Shown in pieces: positions 9,322 to 22,924 of a DNA stretch of 64,000 nt. The translations under genes were made by a program, and so were the position numbers. The notes beneath the pieces are model-generated. The model was not told where the DNA came from, did not search any database, and saw only the letters and a program-made list of their open reading frames with translations. This DNA is from Azolla caroliniana (lineage: Eukaryota; Plantae; Polypodiophyta), in NCBI GenBank assembly GCA_043228905.1, contig JBHGNT010000004.1, positions 11,904,001 to 11,968,000 on the forward strand, read 5' to 3'. How positions within the stretch are numbered: the first letter of the stretch is position 1; each line of letters begins with the position of its first letter.

Positions 9322-12300
9322 CTTTGTTGTTAAAAAACGCGTATTTTACCCATAGAGTACGTTTTAGAATACCCACACGTATTCTAAACGTATTCTACCT
9401 TTTGGAACTGTCATTTTTTTATGAGCCTAAATTTGTAAATAATTAAAACTAATAATTTTGTAGGGCTTTTTTTAGTAGTGAAATCAGAAAAAGTAAAGAA
9501 TTGGGGGTTTTTTGTTTTGACTCACGATTGTCTTCATTTTGTAGCCTAAAGGTTTTTACGCAGGTCTTTAGAAGTAGCCTACAGGAAGGAAGCATAGTTT
9601 TAGTTCATTTTCAAAGAATCAAAGGTAATTTCGTCATAATATATGTGCATGTATGAATAATTTTGGTCTGTTTATGCCCAAATGGAATGTGGATTAAAAT
9701 CTGTTTTGAGGGTCTCAAAACAGAAAATATTTCAGAATATTTAGTTGAAATAGATTTTCCATGGAATCTAGATTAAGTAACATACATTATTGAGAAAGAG
9801 GGCTGAAATTCAAATTTCCATTATGTTATGACTTCCCCATAACTTAATTAACTTATTAAGTAACATATAGGGAGACGATATTAAGTATTTACCATAGATT
9901 AGCATGCATATTACATATGCATCATGCATGTTTGAAATTTGAATGATTTATGTGTGGTTATGCCCAAATGCAAGTAGATTAAGTATATGTCTTGCATATT
10001 TAAGAATATTTCAGAAAATAGTAAATACTCTTAAATAGATTTGAAATTTTCTAAAGGATCGATTAAGTAGCATATATATTTGAGAAAGAGGGCTAGAATT
10101 TCCATTATGTGATTACTTTCCGGTATAGTTAATTAACTTATTAAGTAACATATATGGATATGATATTAAAGTAATTAGGTCATAGAATAATAATATACAA
10201 ATGCACGTTTGAAATTTCAATGATTTCTATTTGTTTATGCCCAAATGCAAGTGGATTAAAATGTAATTAGAAAGAGCTCTGAAAATTTTCGTTATGTGAT
10301 GACTTCTATGTGTTTTTGCCCAAATGCAAGTGGATTAAAATCTAATTGAGAAAGAGGGCTGAAATTTTCGTTATGTAATAGATAATTAACTTATTAACTA
10401 ACATATATGGAGGTGATATTAAAGTAATTACCATAGAATAGTTTATGGTTAAAATCATCATGGATAATTACCATCATGGATTCATGAATAATTTATGGTT
10501 AAAATCATATGTTTAAATCATATACATTGTGACATTGTGGATTCAATGTTCATGAATAATTTATAGTTAAAATCATATGTTTAATGATATACATATGTCA
10601 TCTTCGCATTGTGGATTCATGACTATTTTCTTGTTAAATTCATATGTTTAAATGATATACATAATCACATTGTGGATTCATGAATATAGGACAATATATA
10701 TAAAAGACAACTCTCGAGTCTCTAGAATTCGATATCAGTGGTCACCAATTAAGCAACTATGCCACGCAAAGAATCTCCCTTATGGGACAAATATTGTTTG
10801 AATAGACAAGCTGGGAAGTCATCTGGGTCCTATTATTGGGATTGCCGATTTTGTGGTCTTCATGGGACCGGGACACTAACACGTTTAGTTGCTCACCTTG
10901 CTGGAATTAAAGGTGAAGGTATAGACAAGTGTGTGCAAGTAACTCTAGAGGCATATCAAGAGGCTATAGCATTAGCACAAGAAAGTGAATTGACTCGCAA
11001 GAAGCAAAAACGCATCAAAGAAGTGGAAGCCATGGAACAACAAATTGAGTTTAAAGAAGGCATGGTGGATTCAATGGTTGATTCAAAGTTCCAATCACAA
11101 CCATCAATAGCCAGCACATGTGCCTCATCTAAGAAGGATACAATTGACCAAATTCCTATGGATATTGAAGATACAGAAGGTTCAAGAAGAAAAAGTCTCA
11201 CTCAAAGCACCATAAGGAGAGGATCAAGTGCTGTTATGTTGATGAAGAAAGACTATGCAAACACAATGTTGGTTAGATGCATTGTGGAAGGTAATCTATC
11301 TTTTAATCTTTTGAAAATGTCATGTTGGAGGAACATGTTGTTAGCTTTCTCTGATATTGGGGAAAAGTATAGTGGTATTACCTACAATGATTTAAGAGTT
11401 AAGTATTTAAAGAAAGAGCATTTGAATGTGCAACAAAAAGTGGAAAATGTGAAAGCCCTTTGGCCAAAATATGGAGTTACAATACTTTCAGATGGATGGA
11501 TTGACACTAGCAAGAGAGCACTTGTGAATATTTTGGTCTCATGTTGTTATGCAACTATGTAACTCAAAACTATTGATTGTAGTGGTGTTTCTACAAGGGT
11601 TGATGGTCCATGGCTGGCTGAAATGCTTTCAATTGCAATAAAGGAAGTAAAACCCGAAAATGTGGTGCAAATTGTCACTGACAATGTATCTAATTGTGTT
11701 AGCATGGGTCACATTCTAGAGACTGAATTCCCAAGCCTTGTATGGACTCCTTGTGCATCACATTGTCTAGATTTATTCCTAGAGGATATTGGGAAGTTGT
11801 CTTGGGTTCGTTGAGTGCACAAGAGAGCAAATTATGTGGTTAAACTATTCACCAAGAAAAGGAATGCGCGGAAAATTTTCAGCAACTATTCGTCTCTTGT
11901 GCTTCTTAGGCCAAGTGCCACTCGATTTGGCTACATTCTTATTGTCCTTGAGAGGCTTGCAAGAGTTTGGAGAGCCCTTGAACAAATTGTGGTTAGCAAC
12001 TATTGGGAGGATTGGAGTGACTCCAAAAAGCCAGATGTTGTCAAGGTGAAGTCCATTGTGCAAGACAACTCTACTTTGCCTTCAATTATGATTGTAATTT
12101 CTATTATGCGCCCAATGTTTTCTGTTTTGCGGCTAACTGATCGTGAAGGATCTACAATGGGCTTACTTTATGAATTCATGAGGAGGGCTAGAGACACATT
12201 GCAACGAGGAGCGAGAGAAGACACATCAAACAAAGACAGGTAATTTATTCTAATATTATTATTTCTATGTAGTATGTGGTATGTACAATTGTTATTTATT

Positions 12301-14050
12301 GTATCTTTTTCATTTCTTTGAATCATTGTTATCATCGATGTTATGCATATTTCCAATAATTGATTTCTATAATATTCATATTTATGTTAATGCAGATATA
12401 AAGAGGTTTTGGAATGCTTTGATTGTCGTTGGTCATGGTTCAAAAAGCCAATTCATATTGTTGCACATATTTTGCATCCTTTATGGAAGCCCAAAGATCA
12501 ACCAATAGTTATGAATGCAGAGATGACAGATGGATGGCTTGGATATATTCAAAAGGTATATTCTATAGATGAATGTGAAATCTTACAAGATCAATTTGAC
12601 ATGTATAGAAATGGTGTGGGCCGATTTAGCAATGAACTATCAAAATCACACGTTGCAAAATGCAAACCTGTCTCATGGTGGGAAAGATATGGGGACAATG
12701 TGCCCTTACTACAATCATTAGCTTGTCGAGTATTGTCTCAGGTATTATAGTTTTTTTAAAAAAATTGTGTCAATGTTATTAATCTTCTACAATGACATAT
12801 ATTCATGTTGTTTGTTGAATACTTTGTGTCATAGGATTGCTCTTCTGGAGCTGCTGAAAGAAATTGGAATGCACATGCGTTGGCACATACAAAAAGGAGG
12901 AATCGTTTGAAGGTGAAACAAGTGGAGAGATTAGTATATGTTAGAGAAAACTTAAGGCTTGTTCGGAGCTTTCAAACTCATGTTGGTCTTCCAATGCAGG
13001 TCTACAACTTTCTTATTCATATTTGACATTTGACGTTTAGAGTCTAGACAAGTCATTTATAGGTTAATTAACGAGCCTTGTGAATTGGTTATGGTTTTAA
13101 AATTATCAATCATGATCATGATACTATGATATTATTTGATTTAGGTTAATCCAGATGAGATAGACATTGACAAGACTCCTGAAAGGCCTCCATCAACAAC
13201 CAATATTGACACTCAAGTCGCACAAACATATTTTGAGGAAGCCGAGGCTATGCATATTGGTCGGGTTACTCGGAGTAGATCTAAGTTTGCCACTATGATA
13301 GTGGATGAAGGACTGGTAGGTTCAAGTTCTAGCACTATTAGAGGAGGTCGTGTTCGTAGTCATGCTTGTGTGAGAGTTTCTAGTACAAGAAGGGTACTTA
13401 CTCGACAAGCTACAAATATTCCTTGCAATGCTGAATATGGTAATGATGATGGAGAACAAGAGGATGAAGACATTGACAATGACACAATTGATTCATTTTT
13501 TGATAGTGATTATGTGGACAACTATGATGATACAACTGAATCCTCGAATGATGATGTAGAAGAGGAAATATAATTGAAAATAGAATGAAGATCATTTATT
13601 ACTGGTTTTTACATATTCATTTGAATTAGAGAACCAATAACTATGAGTATGAAGAAATTCTAAGTTCTAAATTAGTAAATTCTAATAGTATTTTGATCAC
13701 TCTATTCATTTTCCACGATTTGAGTGTTGAAATGATATGTGTTTTCATTTTGATTCAAATTTCAAATTTCAATTGTGTTCACCACTTTCATTTTAATTTA
13801 TAAAATATGTATATCATGTGTATTGAAACATAGATAACCATGTGGTATCCATGGAGAATAAAGATAATTGGTATTTACTCTATAGTACTCAAATTTCAAG
13901 TATCTTTGTATTCAACGTATTTAACGTATTCAACGTATTTTACCTTTAAAATACGTATTCTAAGAACTTATATATATTTTTTAGAATACTTATAAAATAC
14001 GTAGCATACGTATTGTATGCGTACGGTATGCTACGTATGTTACAACCATG
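9322..14050 (+). mobile_element. hAT-superfamily DNA transposon, full length
   Basis: Perfect 8-bp TSD GTAACCAT (9314-9321 / 14051-14058); imperfect TIRs CTTTGTTGTTA vs CATGGTTGTAA (reverse complement); subterminal CGTATT-type motifs at both ends; internal transposase. Confidence 0.9.
10759..13573 (+). pseudogene. hAT transposase (BED zinc finger, DUF659-like DDE core, hATC dimerisation domain); exons 10759-12239, 12396-12741, 12835-12999, 13145-13573; two in-frame stops (11560, 11812)
   Basis: WDCRFC...HLAG, LSDGWID, IVTDN, CASHCLDL, WWERYG, SQ|DCSSGAAERNW, RRNRL; three GT-AG introns preserve the frame. Confidence 0.88.
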
Positions 14051-14622
14051 GTAACCATGTTCCTTGGTTCAGGTCCTCGGTGCTCCCACTCAAATTTCAC
14101 ATGCACTTGCATATTTCTGCAACAAAGATTGCCTCATGTGTATTGAATCTCTGATAATCTCAATTAATGCATTATGAATTTGGAATCACGTACATGATTG
14201 GCATATCATTGAGCTTCACTATCAGGTGGTTTGGTAGAAGAAGATCGTCTAAGACCTAGAAGATAATCCACAAATCACACTTCTTTACTGTCTCAACTAT
14301 AGTGCCGCCCACAAGTGGTGTTGGTAATATTTCTAAGACTAAGATGACCAGAGGTTTGATACAAAAAGGGGTAGTTATGGCCTCATATGAGGCACATAAA
14401 GTATTGTGGGAAGTAAAAGTGAAGATGTTTTTGGAAGCCAAATAATGAAGGAAGGCCAAAGGAAAGGGGTGAGTGGGGTTATGAGTTTTTTTGCTTTGCG
14501 AAATTGAGGGCCGAGGAAAAGTAGAAGAGACGCATTCATTGCATTTTGCATGGAAGTAAAGTAAGAAGGGCAGTTTTTTGATAGTCTATTTGTTGTCCAC
14601 ACACACACACCCACGAAATATG

Positions 14623-14666
14623 TGTATGTATGTATGTATGTATGTATGTATGTATGTATGTATGTA
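14623..14666. repeat. (TGTA)n microsatellite, about 11 units, ~170 bp upstream of the LIP1p ATG
   Basis: Read directly from the sequence. Confidence 0.95.
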
Positions 14667-14833
14667 TATGCATGGAATGGAAGGATGGAATTATTAATTA
14701 TTCATTTTGAGAAGAGCATATTCACTCATTCCATTCATTATAAAGGCAAAGAAAGGCAAAGGCAAAAAAGGTTTCCACAAAACAGAGTAGTAGGGTGTAT
14801 GTGTAGAATTTTGCTCCTTCTCTGCTGTTCTTC

Positions 14834-17800
14834 ATGGTTATGGCTTCTCACATGCTGCTTCAAGGTCAAGCTCATCGACCCATCTCCTCATTTGGAGAGT
14901 TGTGGCGTTTTAGCGATGTGGATCCACAGGTCATGCCTTATAGACCATGGAAAACAGAGGGCGTCTCTCCTTCCGTCATCAAAGCTTGCTCTAGCAGCCA
15001 TGGCCCTCCATATCCTGGCGGCATGGGTCCTTACACAGCTCGATCCCCTGATGTGAAGAAACCCTCTTGGCTGCGACAGAGAGCTCCACAAGGCGACCGA
15101 TTTACTGAGCTCAAGGAATCCCTCTCTACCCTTAAACTCAACACTGTGTGTGAAGAAGCCCAATGCCCCAACATTGGAGAGGTATGAATCCTTTTTTCTA
15201 GCACAGATAATTGTTTTTTGTACTAGAATTTCTCTCGTCCATGAGTGTTTTCTCTACAAATTTGCATAGGGGAGGTAATACTTTATACAAATATGCGTAG
15301 GCTTTTTGTTAAATTTTTTCCTTTTTACACAAGTGGCATCCAAAAACTGCTTGCATCATTTGTAATATACTTACCTTAATCATAGTTTTTCACAAATTTT
15401 GCATGGTAGATGAATTATTTACCAAGATCAGATCTTTACAGATTTGCATTATGGATGGGTTGTTAGGCAATCGCAGATGTTTATAAAACTTGCATGACAG
15501 ATAAATTACTCATAGGGATGAGACGTTTGCAATTCTTTTGCATGATAGATGAATTCCTTCGCTAGATCGGATTTTGTAATGATGAGATAAATTACTCACC
15601 TAAATCAGTTTTGAAGTATCATGCATGAAGAATGTGAAACATTGAGCTAGATGGATGGGGTCAGTGGGAACTTGGGCCTATGTTTAAAAGGAGCTATTTT
15701 TCTAGTGATGCATGTGTTTGTATATGAAGTGTGAATGAATCAAATTAGAGCGTTGCAATGTGTATCCATGATGGAAATACCTACAAAGTTAATGCAGTTT
15801 TGTCATAAGAGCTAGAAAATGAAGTTAATCCAGTGTTGGCATAAGGCCTAGAAAACACATTCTGAGATTGAAGAGTGTCATTAATTTGAGCAATGTACCA
15901 TTCGTGCATTCGCATCCAAGAATGTTTCAATCATTCGAGTATGGTAAACACCCTTGAAGTATGGTAAATACCATACTTTTGTATTCATTATTTATTATAA
16001 GGTATGAAAGTTAAGGTGAAAAGTGAAAAAAAAAACATAGGAATGTTTTGTTATGAAAACGAATGTTTGCCAATGCATTCGAGTATATTACGTACTATGA
16101 TTTTGAGTTTTGAGCACTTGGTTGACCTGTATATCATCTGTAGATCACTTGTAGAAGCCCAGGGTGTCTCTGCCTCTCTCCAGGAACATAGTATCATGGT
16201 ATGAACTGATTGCTAGATATTTTGATTATGGCCTCGCTTGTGGAGATCAGCCTTGTTTGGTCATCACCATGGCCATTCATGACAAGGTTGTCAAAAATCG
16301 CAACATTGAGAATGCCTTTGCAGATTTCTATGTAAAACTGTGGTTGGATCACCAAAGCCTGTAAGTTATCCTCCAAATGTTTTAAGCAGGAACATCTTGT
16401 CGATGAAACATCATGTTTTTCCCAACAAATGCAGCTGGACAGATACTCTGCTAGATATAAGTTCTTAAACCATATCATTTTGGCTCATATCTAATGGGAT
16501 TGTCAAGGCTGGTTTCCGAATGACATGAAATTGGCCATTCGTAAGCATTGTAGAGATGGATGGCCATTCATGTGTTTTTAGAATGGATGTGGAGCCACCA
16601 AACTTTAAACAATATTCTGTATGCATACCAGATGTGGAAAGATGGGATCAGTTGTTTGATACTATGCACCGAGAGAGTTAATAATGCGGAATCCTATTTT
16701 AACAGGGTATGTGGTGCTAGAAGAGAGTGATTCGTTCTTTAGTTTCTGTGTTTCCATGAGATTTCAAGTTTGTGCAGCTACAGCCATCACTTCTCTAAAT
16801 GTTTTCAATGCTTGGTAGTCATGCAGATTTAAATGGATAAAGGAAAAAAATTCTTTGGAGGCCATGATCATAGAAGTTTGCTTCGCTTTATTTGTTGCTT
16901 ACTTCAACTGCATTGGTTACATTCTTGTTCATATGAAGAATCTAGTTAAGAGTCTATCCAATTATTGAAAAAGTCTGTCTGACCTTTTCTCTTGGAGCAC
17001 TGCTTAGGAGCATGCTAGAAATGAAGGAACATGGGACGATACTTTCATAACTTTGCACTTATATCATTGGTAATGGTCATACATTGGATTTAGTTGAACC
17101 AGCATTAATCTGTGATCTGGTTTATGTGTGGTTCATATCAACTAATGTAAGGATGTACAATTACATTATAGATCAACCACGTGCATAGAAAATATTTTTG
17201 AACTTTCCATGGTTATTTCGGGAGAGAAGTGGTTTCTTTTTATTGTGTCGAATAAGATAACACTACTGTGGTTCATTTGAATGACTTCTGAGTTGTTATG
17301 GTAGGCAGTGTTGGAATGGTGGGGGTGGTGCTGGTGGCAAGGGAGATGGTATTGGAACTGCTACGATTATGCTTCTTGGTGACACATGTACTCGAGGATG
17401 CCGCTTTTGTGCGGTTAAAACGAGTAGAACACCTGCTCCACCTGACCCTATGGAGCCAGAAAATACTGCAAAAGCAATAGCTTCATGGGGGTAATCCAAA
17501 TGCTCACACATCTTTAATTTTTAAATCTTTTATACATCCACAATCATGTTGGGCTGGTTGTTTAAGTATGGGACTTCTGTAAATTTGTATTATGGGTTTT
17601 GCTAGGGTTGGCTATGTGGTGCTTACAAGTGTGGATAGAGATGATTTGAGTGATGGTGGAAGCGAACAATTTGCACGCACTGTCAGGACCTTGAAGGTAA
17701 AATGGTTTATGGGCATTTAGAGCTATGATGGAGTAGTTACTTTGTAAGGTCAAGGAGGTTCTGATGGTCTGCTTCCATCTCAGGAACTCAAACCCGAAGT

Positions 17801-18870
17801 TCTCGTAGAATGCTTGACTTCAGACTTTAGAGGGGACTTGGTGTCGGTTTCAAAAGTAGTTCAATCTGGTCTAGATGTGTTTGCTCACAATGTAGAGACT
17901 GTGGAACGGCTACAGAGAACAGTAAGAGATCCAAGAGCTGGGTAAGCTGTATAATTTGATGTAGATATCAATAAACATTTACCACACCTTTTTGCATGAT
18001 TTGTAGCCACATGTTTGAACATGTACAATGTCTTTTGACAAGATATTATCAACATCTACAAAACCATCATTACATATTTTTAACATGATCGATAGCTGGA
18101 TGTTTGTAACTGGTTTTCTCATGAAATCCATAAAAATATGTTGAGATGGCCGCATGGCAGATGGTATCCAGGATATGATTTGTTCTTTGAAAAGAACTTT
18201 GCATAGAATCACCCTAAGATAACTGTAGCGTGTCTTTTAAAATGCCTGCAATGGTACAGTATGTAACTGATCAATGTGTCGGATGTATTTATTGATAGGT
18301 ATAAGCAAAGCTTACGAGTGCTTGAGCATGCTAAAGCAGCAGTACCAGGTATGGTTACTAAGTCTTCAGTCATGCTTGGTTTGGGCGAATCCGACGATGA
18401 AATCAAGGCAACTATGGAAGACTTGAGATCCATAGGGGTTGATATTCTTACTCTAGGACAATATCTACAGGTTTGTTCGACTTAGTTTTTTTCTTTTCCA
18501 CACTAATATTTTCCTTCTTCAGCCATGAAATGAAATGAATATTTTAGCATTTGTTGTTTCAAATTTCACAGCCAACACCTCTCCATTTGACCGTGAAAGA
18601 ATATGTAACTCCTGAGAAATTTGAGTTCTGGAAGGATTATGGTGAATCAGTCGGATTCCGATATGTTGCTAGTGGTCCTCTGGTTAGCAAGTTGAATATT
18701 GTTATTTTTTCCAGATCTAAAAAACAGTGTTACTGTCAAAAATCTTCTTTCTATTCTTTCTCTTAAGTAATGGAATAACTGTTTTACAGGTTAGATCATC
18801 TTATAGAGCTGGTGAGTTCTTCATTGAAAGCATGATACGTGCGCAAAGGATGGCTAATAGCCATGCGTAA
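14834..18870 (+). CDS. LIP1P: Lipoyl synthase, plastid type (radical SAM), 380 aa; exons 14834-15181, 17309-17490, 17606-17696, 17784-17941, 18299-18470, 18572-18682, 18790-18870
   Basis: Spliced frame is open (1143 nt) with all introns GT-AG. Motifs: [12 protein letters not shown] (CX4CX5C), CTRGCRFC (radical SAM), [33 protein letters not shown]. The [19 protein letters not shown]-terminal region is characteristic of plastid LIP1p. Confidence 0.95.
16115..16345 (+). pseudogene. Degenerate PLS-class PPR fragment inside LIP1p intron 1
   Basis: [39 protein letters not shown] resembles the PPR consensus LVDMYAKCGSLxEAQxVF..RNVVSWNALIAGY; a second motif NAFADFYVK follows; frameshifted. Confidence 0.65.
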
Positions 18871-20679
18871 GCCTTTATATATTTATTTTTTACGGAGGGA
18901 AGGAAAAGTATTGACATGAAAAATTCATTTAGATGTTTTCTAGGCAGTAATTTTCATTGACTATTCTTTTTAGATTGAAAACACATAAAAATAAAAAAGC
19001 CAAAACATTTAGCAAGTTTTTCCCGCCACTATTCTTTTGATGATATTGGAGAGATTTACTTGGGTTTTTGTCATCACATCTCTTGAGATTTGCTTAAATC
19101 ATATATATGGATATTTATAGCGATTTTGATAAATGAAATGTGCCACTCTTAAATCATATATATGAATATTTATGGTGATTTAGTAAAAGAAACATGCCAC
19201 TCTAACAACCAGCCTCGTAGCTTAAGGATCCGAGTTTGCTTTGAAGAAGAGTTAATGTGAAAAGGCTTCACACATCATACATGTGCATTATGTCTTTTTC
19301 CCATCCAATTGAACAATGCTTTCAAATTCCTCTTATGAAATCCCATTAGATTGATGCATCTTATGGATTAAATTTTGTAAGGTTGGTGCTTCTTGAAGTT
19401 GAGGTATAATGATTTCCAAACATATGAATAAATTTGGCTTTATTGGTGCAAGTAGGTATTGTACATTTGAAAGCATTGTTCATTTTTAAGTGAGATTACA
19501 CATTAAACAAACTTGGTGGTTGAGTGCATGTCTGGAAACGTGTGGAAGGGCTCATGCATTTATTAGAGCCAATGTAAAGGCTATTATAAGAGGTACTTTT
19601 GGCTGTTTATTTCTTCTTTGGCTTATGAGCATATCCTTCATTGGCGCAATATTACTAGCTCAAATGAAGGCCATGAATCACCCAAGAATTGGTGTGATGT
19701 GGGTCTTTTGGTGGTCTAACCATTGTAGTGTTGGCTAATCTGTTGTTTGTGGGTCCGTGTTGGGTAATCTGTTTTTTGTGGGTCCATGGGTGAAGCCTAT
19801 ATTGGCTTTGTGGGTGGGGATATGAATATATCCATATGGTTAGTTTTTGTGAATTTGTGTTCTCCGAAAGGGGGAAATTAGAACATTTATTAACAATGTG
19901 GCTTGCATATGAAAAAACCTAATTTGCGGAATTTGAATGCAATAACTTCATCAAGTATCTTGCAGTACACAAAAATGATTCTCTTTTTATTTAACATCTA
20001 TATTTACTTTGTTGTTTATCACAACACAAATATAAATAAAACAAAATTTTGTCTTTTCACTTATGTTTTAGTATTCTTAAATACATGAAGAGGCAGGCCC
20101 TCATCGCTTCAAACTTTGTAAGGGGTATAATACATGAAGAGCAATACCCTCATGTGATTTGCTGAAATGTAAATAATACATGATTACACTCATTGCTTCA
20201 AAGTTGATTGAGAGTTCTTATACATACATAGCAATATCCATGACTTGAGCATTATAAACACATTGCATCTTCACTTTTCAGTCTCCAAATTCAAGCATGA
20301 TATTAAAATCTACTAATTTTATTTTATTCAATTATAATGGAAAAACCATCAATAAAATGGCATCAATATACTAGAAGACACATTCATGACCTAGTGGAGA
20401 AGAGATTAATGTTTGTCTCATTGGCAAGTATATCATGACAAAATATATTCTCAAATTAGATTCACATGTGAGGCCATGAAACAAATCTAGTTGGATAACT
20501 TTAAGATATTCTTCAATGTTGTGAGTATTGGCTATCCACAAAGCATTTATATTAACATTCTTTTGTTGGCACAACATCCAAAGAAGACGAGGGCCAATAT
20601 GGTCCAACATATGTAGCTTTTCCTACATGGATGGAGTTTAACAACATGTTCTTAAGTTCTCTCTCTCTCTCTCTTTCTT

Positions 20680-22924
20680 TGGTGAAAACGCACAATTATA
20701 TTAATAAATGTGTGTGAAAAACACTACTTACAATGGGTGTGACAATGGGTATGGTCACCCACTAACTACACTAGATGCGTAGAGGAACATGTTGAATTGC
20801 CAATTGGCAAGACAAACACTCCACTGAGGAAAGAATTTCCACTTGCTCCAATAAAGAAAATTGCCACATTAATACTCCCTTCAACTTTCGTAGATATGCT
20901 TTCACTCCATGTCTACCATCGAATACAAAAAGCATTGCGCATGTCCCAATTATGACGCAATCCCCAAAATCTTAGAAATAGGAAAATGATCTCAATCTTT
21001 GATTTTTGGTGAACCTGTGTAAATTGTGCAAACACCCCACTGTCTAGGTGTCAAATAACACCGTGATAAAACTTGCCAAATTTGAGAAATGTAACTCCAA
21101 ATTTGACAAGCAATTGGACATTGTATAAATCGATGAGTACTATCTTCCATTTGAACAATGCAAAAGAAGCAATTAACCGTTGTTAGTCCACAATGCTTTA
21201 GAGCTAATCCCAAAGGAAATCCTCCAATCAAAACTCTCCAAGTGAAGACCTTTGCTACAAGTGGCAATTTAGAATGCCAACGACGTTGTAAGATCTACCA
21301 CCACCCATAATCAAATTTGTGTATTTTTCATTCTTCTTCAGCCTTAGATGATGGTCATCTAAGAGACTCAACTGAGCAATGATACAAAAGATTAGTACCG
21401 TAAACACCAATCAATCCACGACTGCTCTCCTATTTGTAGAGGTAACGGACCTTGCATCAATGCAATATTTTGTAGTTGTTGCTAGATAAACCCATAATTA
21501 GGCGGGATGCGCAATAATTGTCACACTTCAAGGAACTCCAAAATTCTTTGAGATGGAGCCTCAACTATATCTCCCACCTCTTTTACCCCCAAACGAAAAA
21601 CAAACGATTAAATTGAGAGCACAATCTCTCCTTTCTTGACCAACATAATAACTGAGAACACACGTAACTCTTTTTTTGCAGAGAATTACAATGCTCTCTA
21701 CTAGATGATGGTTTCCATACACATAACAAGAGTGCTTCTTGCCATGAGGTAACCAAGTGTTGAACACATGAAGAGTCCGGAATCCTAAGTGAAATACATC
21801 CATTCAGTAATTGCCACCATGAATCCTTAATCGTTGTTCTCCCATGTGTTAAACCCTTATTCTCAATGAAATATTGAACAATAGATATCCATGGTTGTGA
21901 GTTTGAACACATGTCTTGTAATAATGAAAATCTACGAGTCATCATATGCATAGAGAAGCTCAATATTCAAGCTCCCCAAGCGCTTAAGGGTTGCTAGATG
22001 ATTCCACGCAACCCATGTGATTCCCCATGTTATCCCTCTTCTTCCACAACAAATATCGAAGAGGTTGCAAAACAGAATGCAAAGCCTTCTTTGTTCATGG
22101 CAACAATGGCAAGTAATATAATATCATGGGTTCCATAATACATTGTACACCTTTCAAGTGTACATGAAATGGCCAAGATTGTGACGTCCAATACATGAAC
22201 TTAACCCTCAACTTACTAGACATCCATTCAATCAATTGACCATTTGTGACATTCATTCCTAATGGATTGTCCAAGTGTCGAAAAATAGAGCCTTTCATCA
22301 CCACGAATCCTTGCCATCCTAAACATTCCAAATCCCTTTCAGTACATGATATGAGACTAGACTTCCTCCAATTGATATGTAATCCGGACGCCAATGCAAA
22401 TTGGCTCCATACAAGCATCCCCTTCTCAAGATTCTCTCGTGAGGCTTGTAGAAACATGAAAGAATCATCAGCCAAAGCTTGTGCTACTAGTTGCCCTCCA
22501 GACGGAAGGTGTAGACCCACAATGCCACCATTTGTTGCAAGCCTTGATAGCATCACTAACAAGGGATGAGTAACAAAAGCAAACAACAATGGACTAAGTG
22601 GCCATCCTTGACGAACGGATCTTGTGAGGGCAATATCTGATGTAACTCCCCCATTAAGCATTACTCGAGACACTTCATCTTGTCCTAATAAAAATATGAG
22701 GTGAGACATACGAGGTTCAGAGCCCATTGTATGCATTAACCCAGAAACAAAGGACCAGTTAACATGATCATAAGATTTCTCTAAATCTAATTGCACCATA
22801 ATCAATTCTTGATGAGTGTTTCAAGCATAATCCATGACCATTTGAACATTCAACACATTATGCAATATATTCCAACTTGCAATAAAACCATATTAGGCAG
22901 GATGTATCAACTTTGGCAAATACT
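20680..22924 (-). mobile_element. L1-like LINE 3' fragment (RT domain 22095-22805, zf-RVT 20992-21267), cut by an LTR insertion at 22925
   Basis: QLDLEKSYDHVNW, VRQGWPLSPLLF, LADD, GLHINWRKS; CFFC...HRFIQC...W zinc-binding region. Confidence 0.88.

Noticed and set aside
14622-15056. 144-aa ORF starting MYVCMYVC
   Set aside because: Translation of the TGTA microsatellite overlapping the real LIP1p exon 1 in another frame.
19093-19203. Two ~55-bp tandem copies downstream of LIP1p
   Set aside because: Ordinary local duplication with no further structure.
19490-19738. Possible second PPR (E-domain) relic downstream of LIP1p
   Set aside because: Similarity (LSAC, ...GVMW) is too weak to call without an HMM search.
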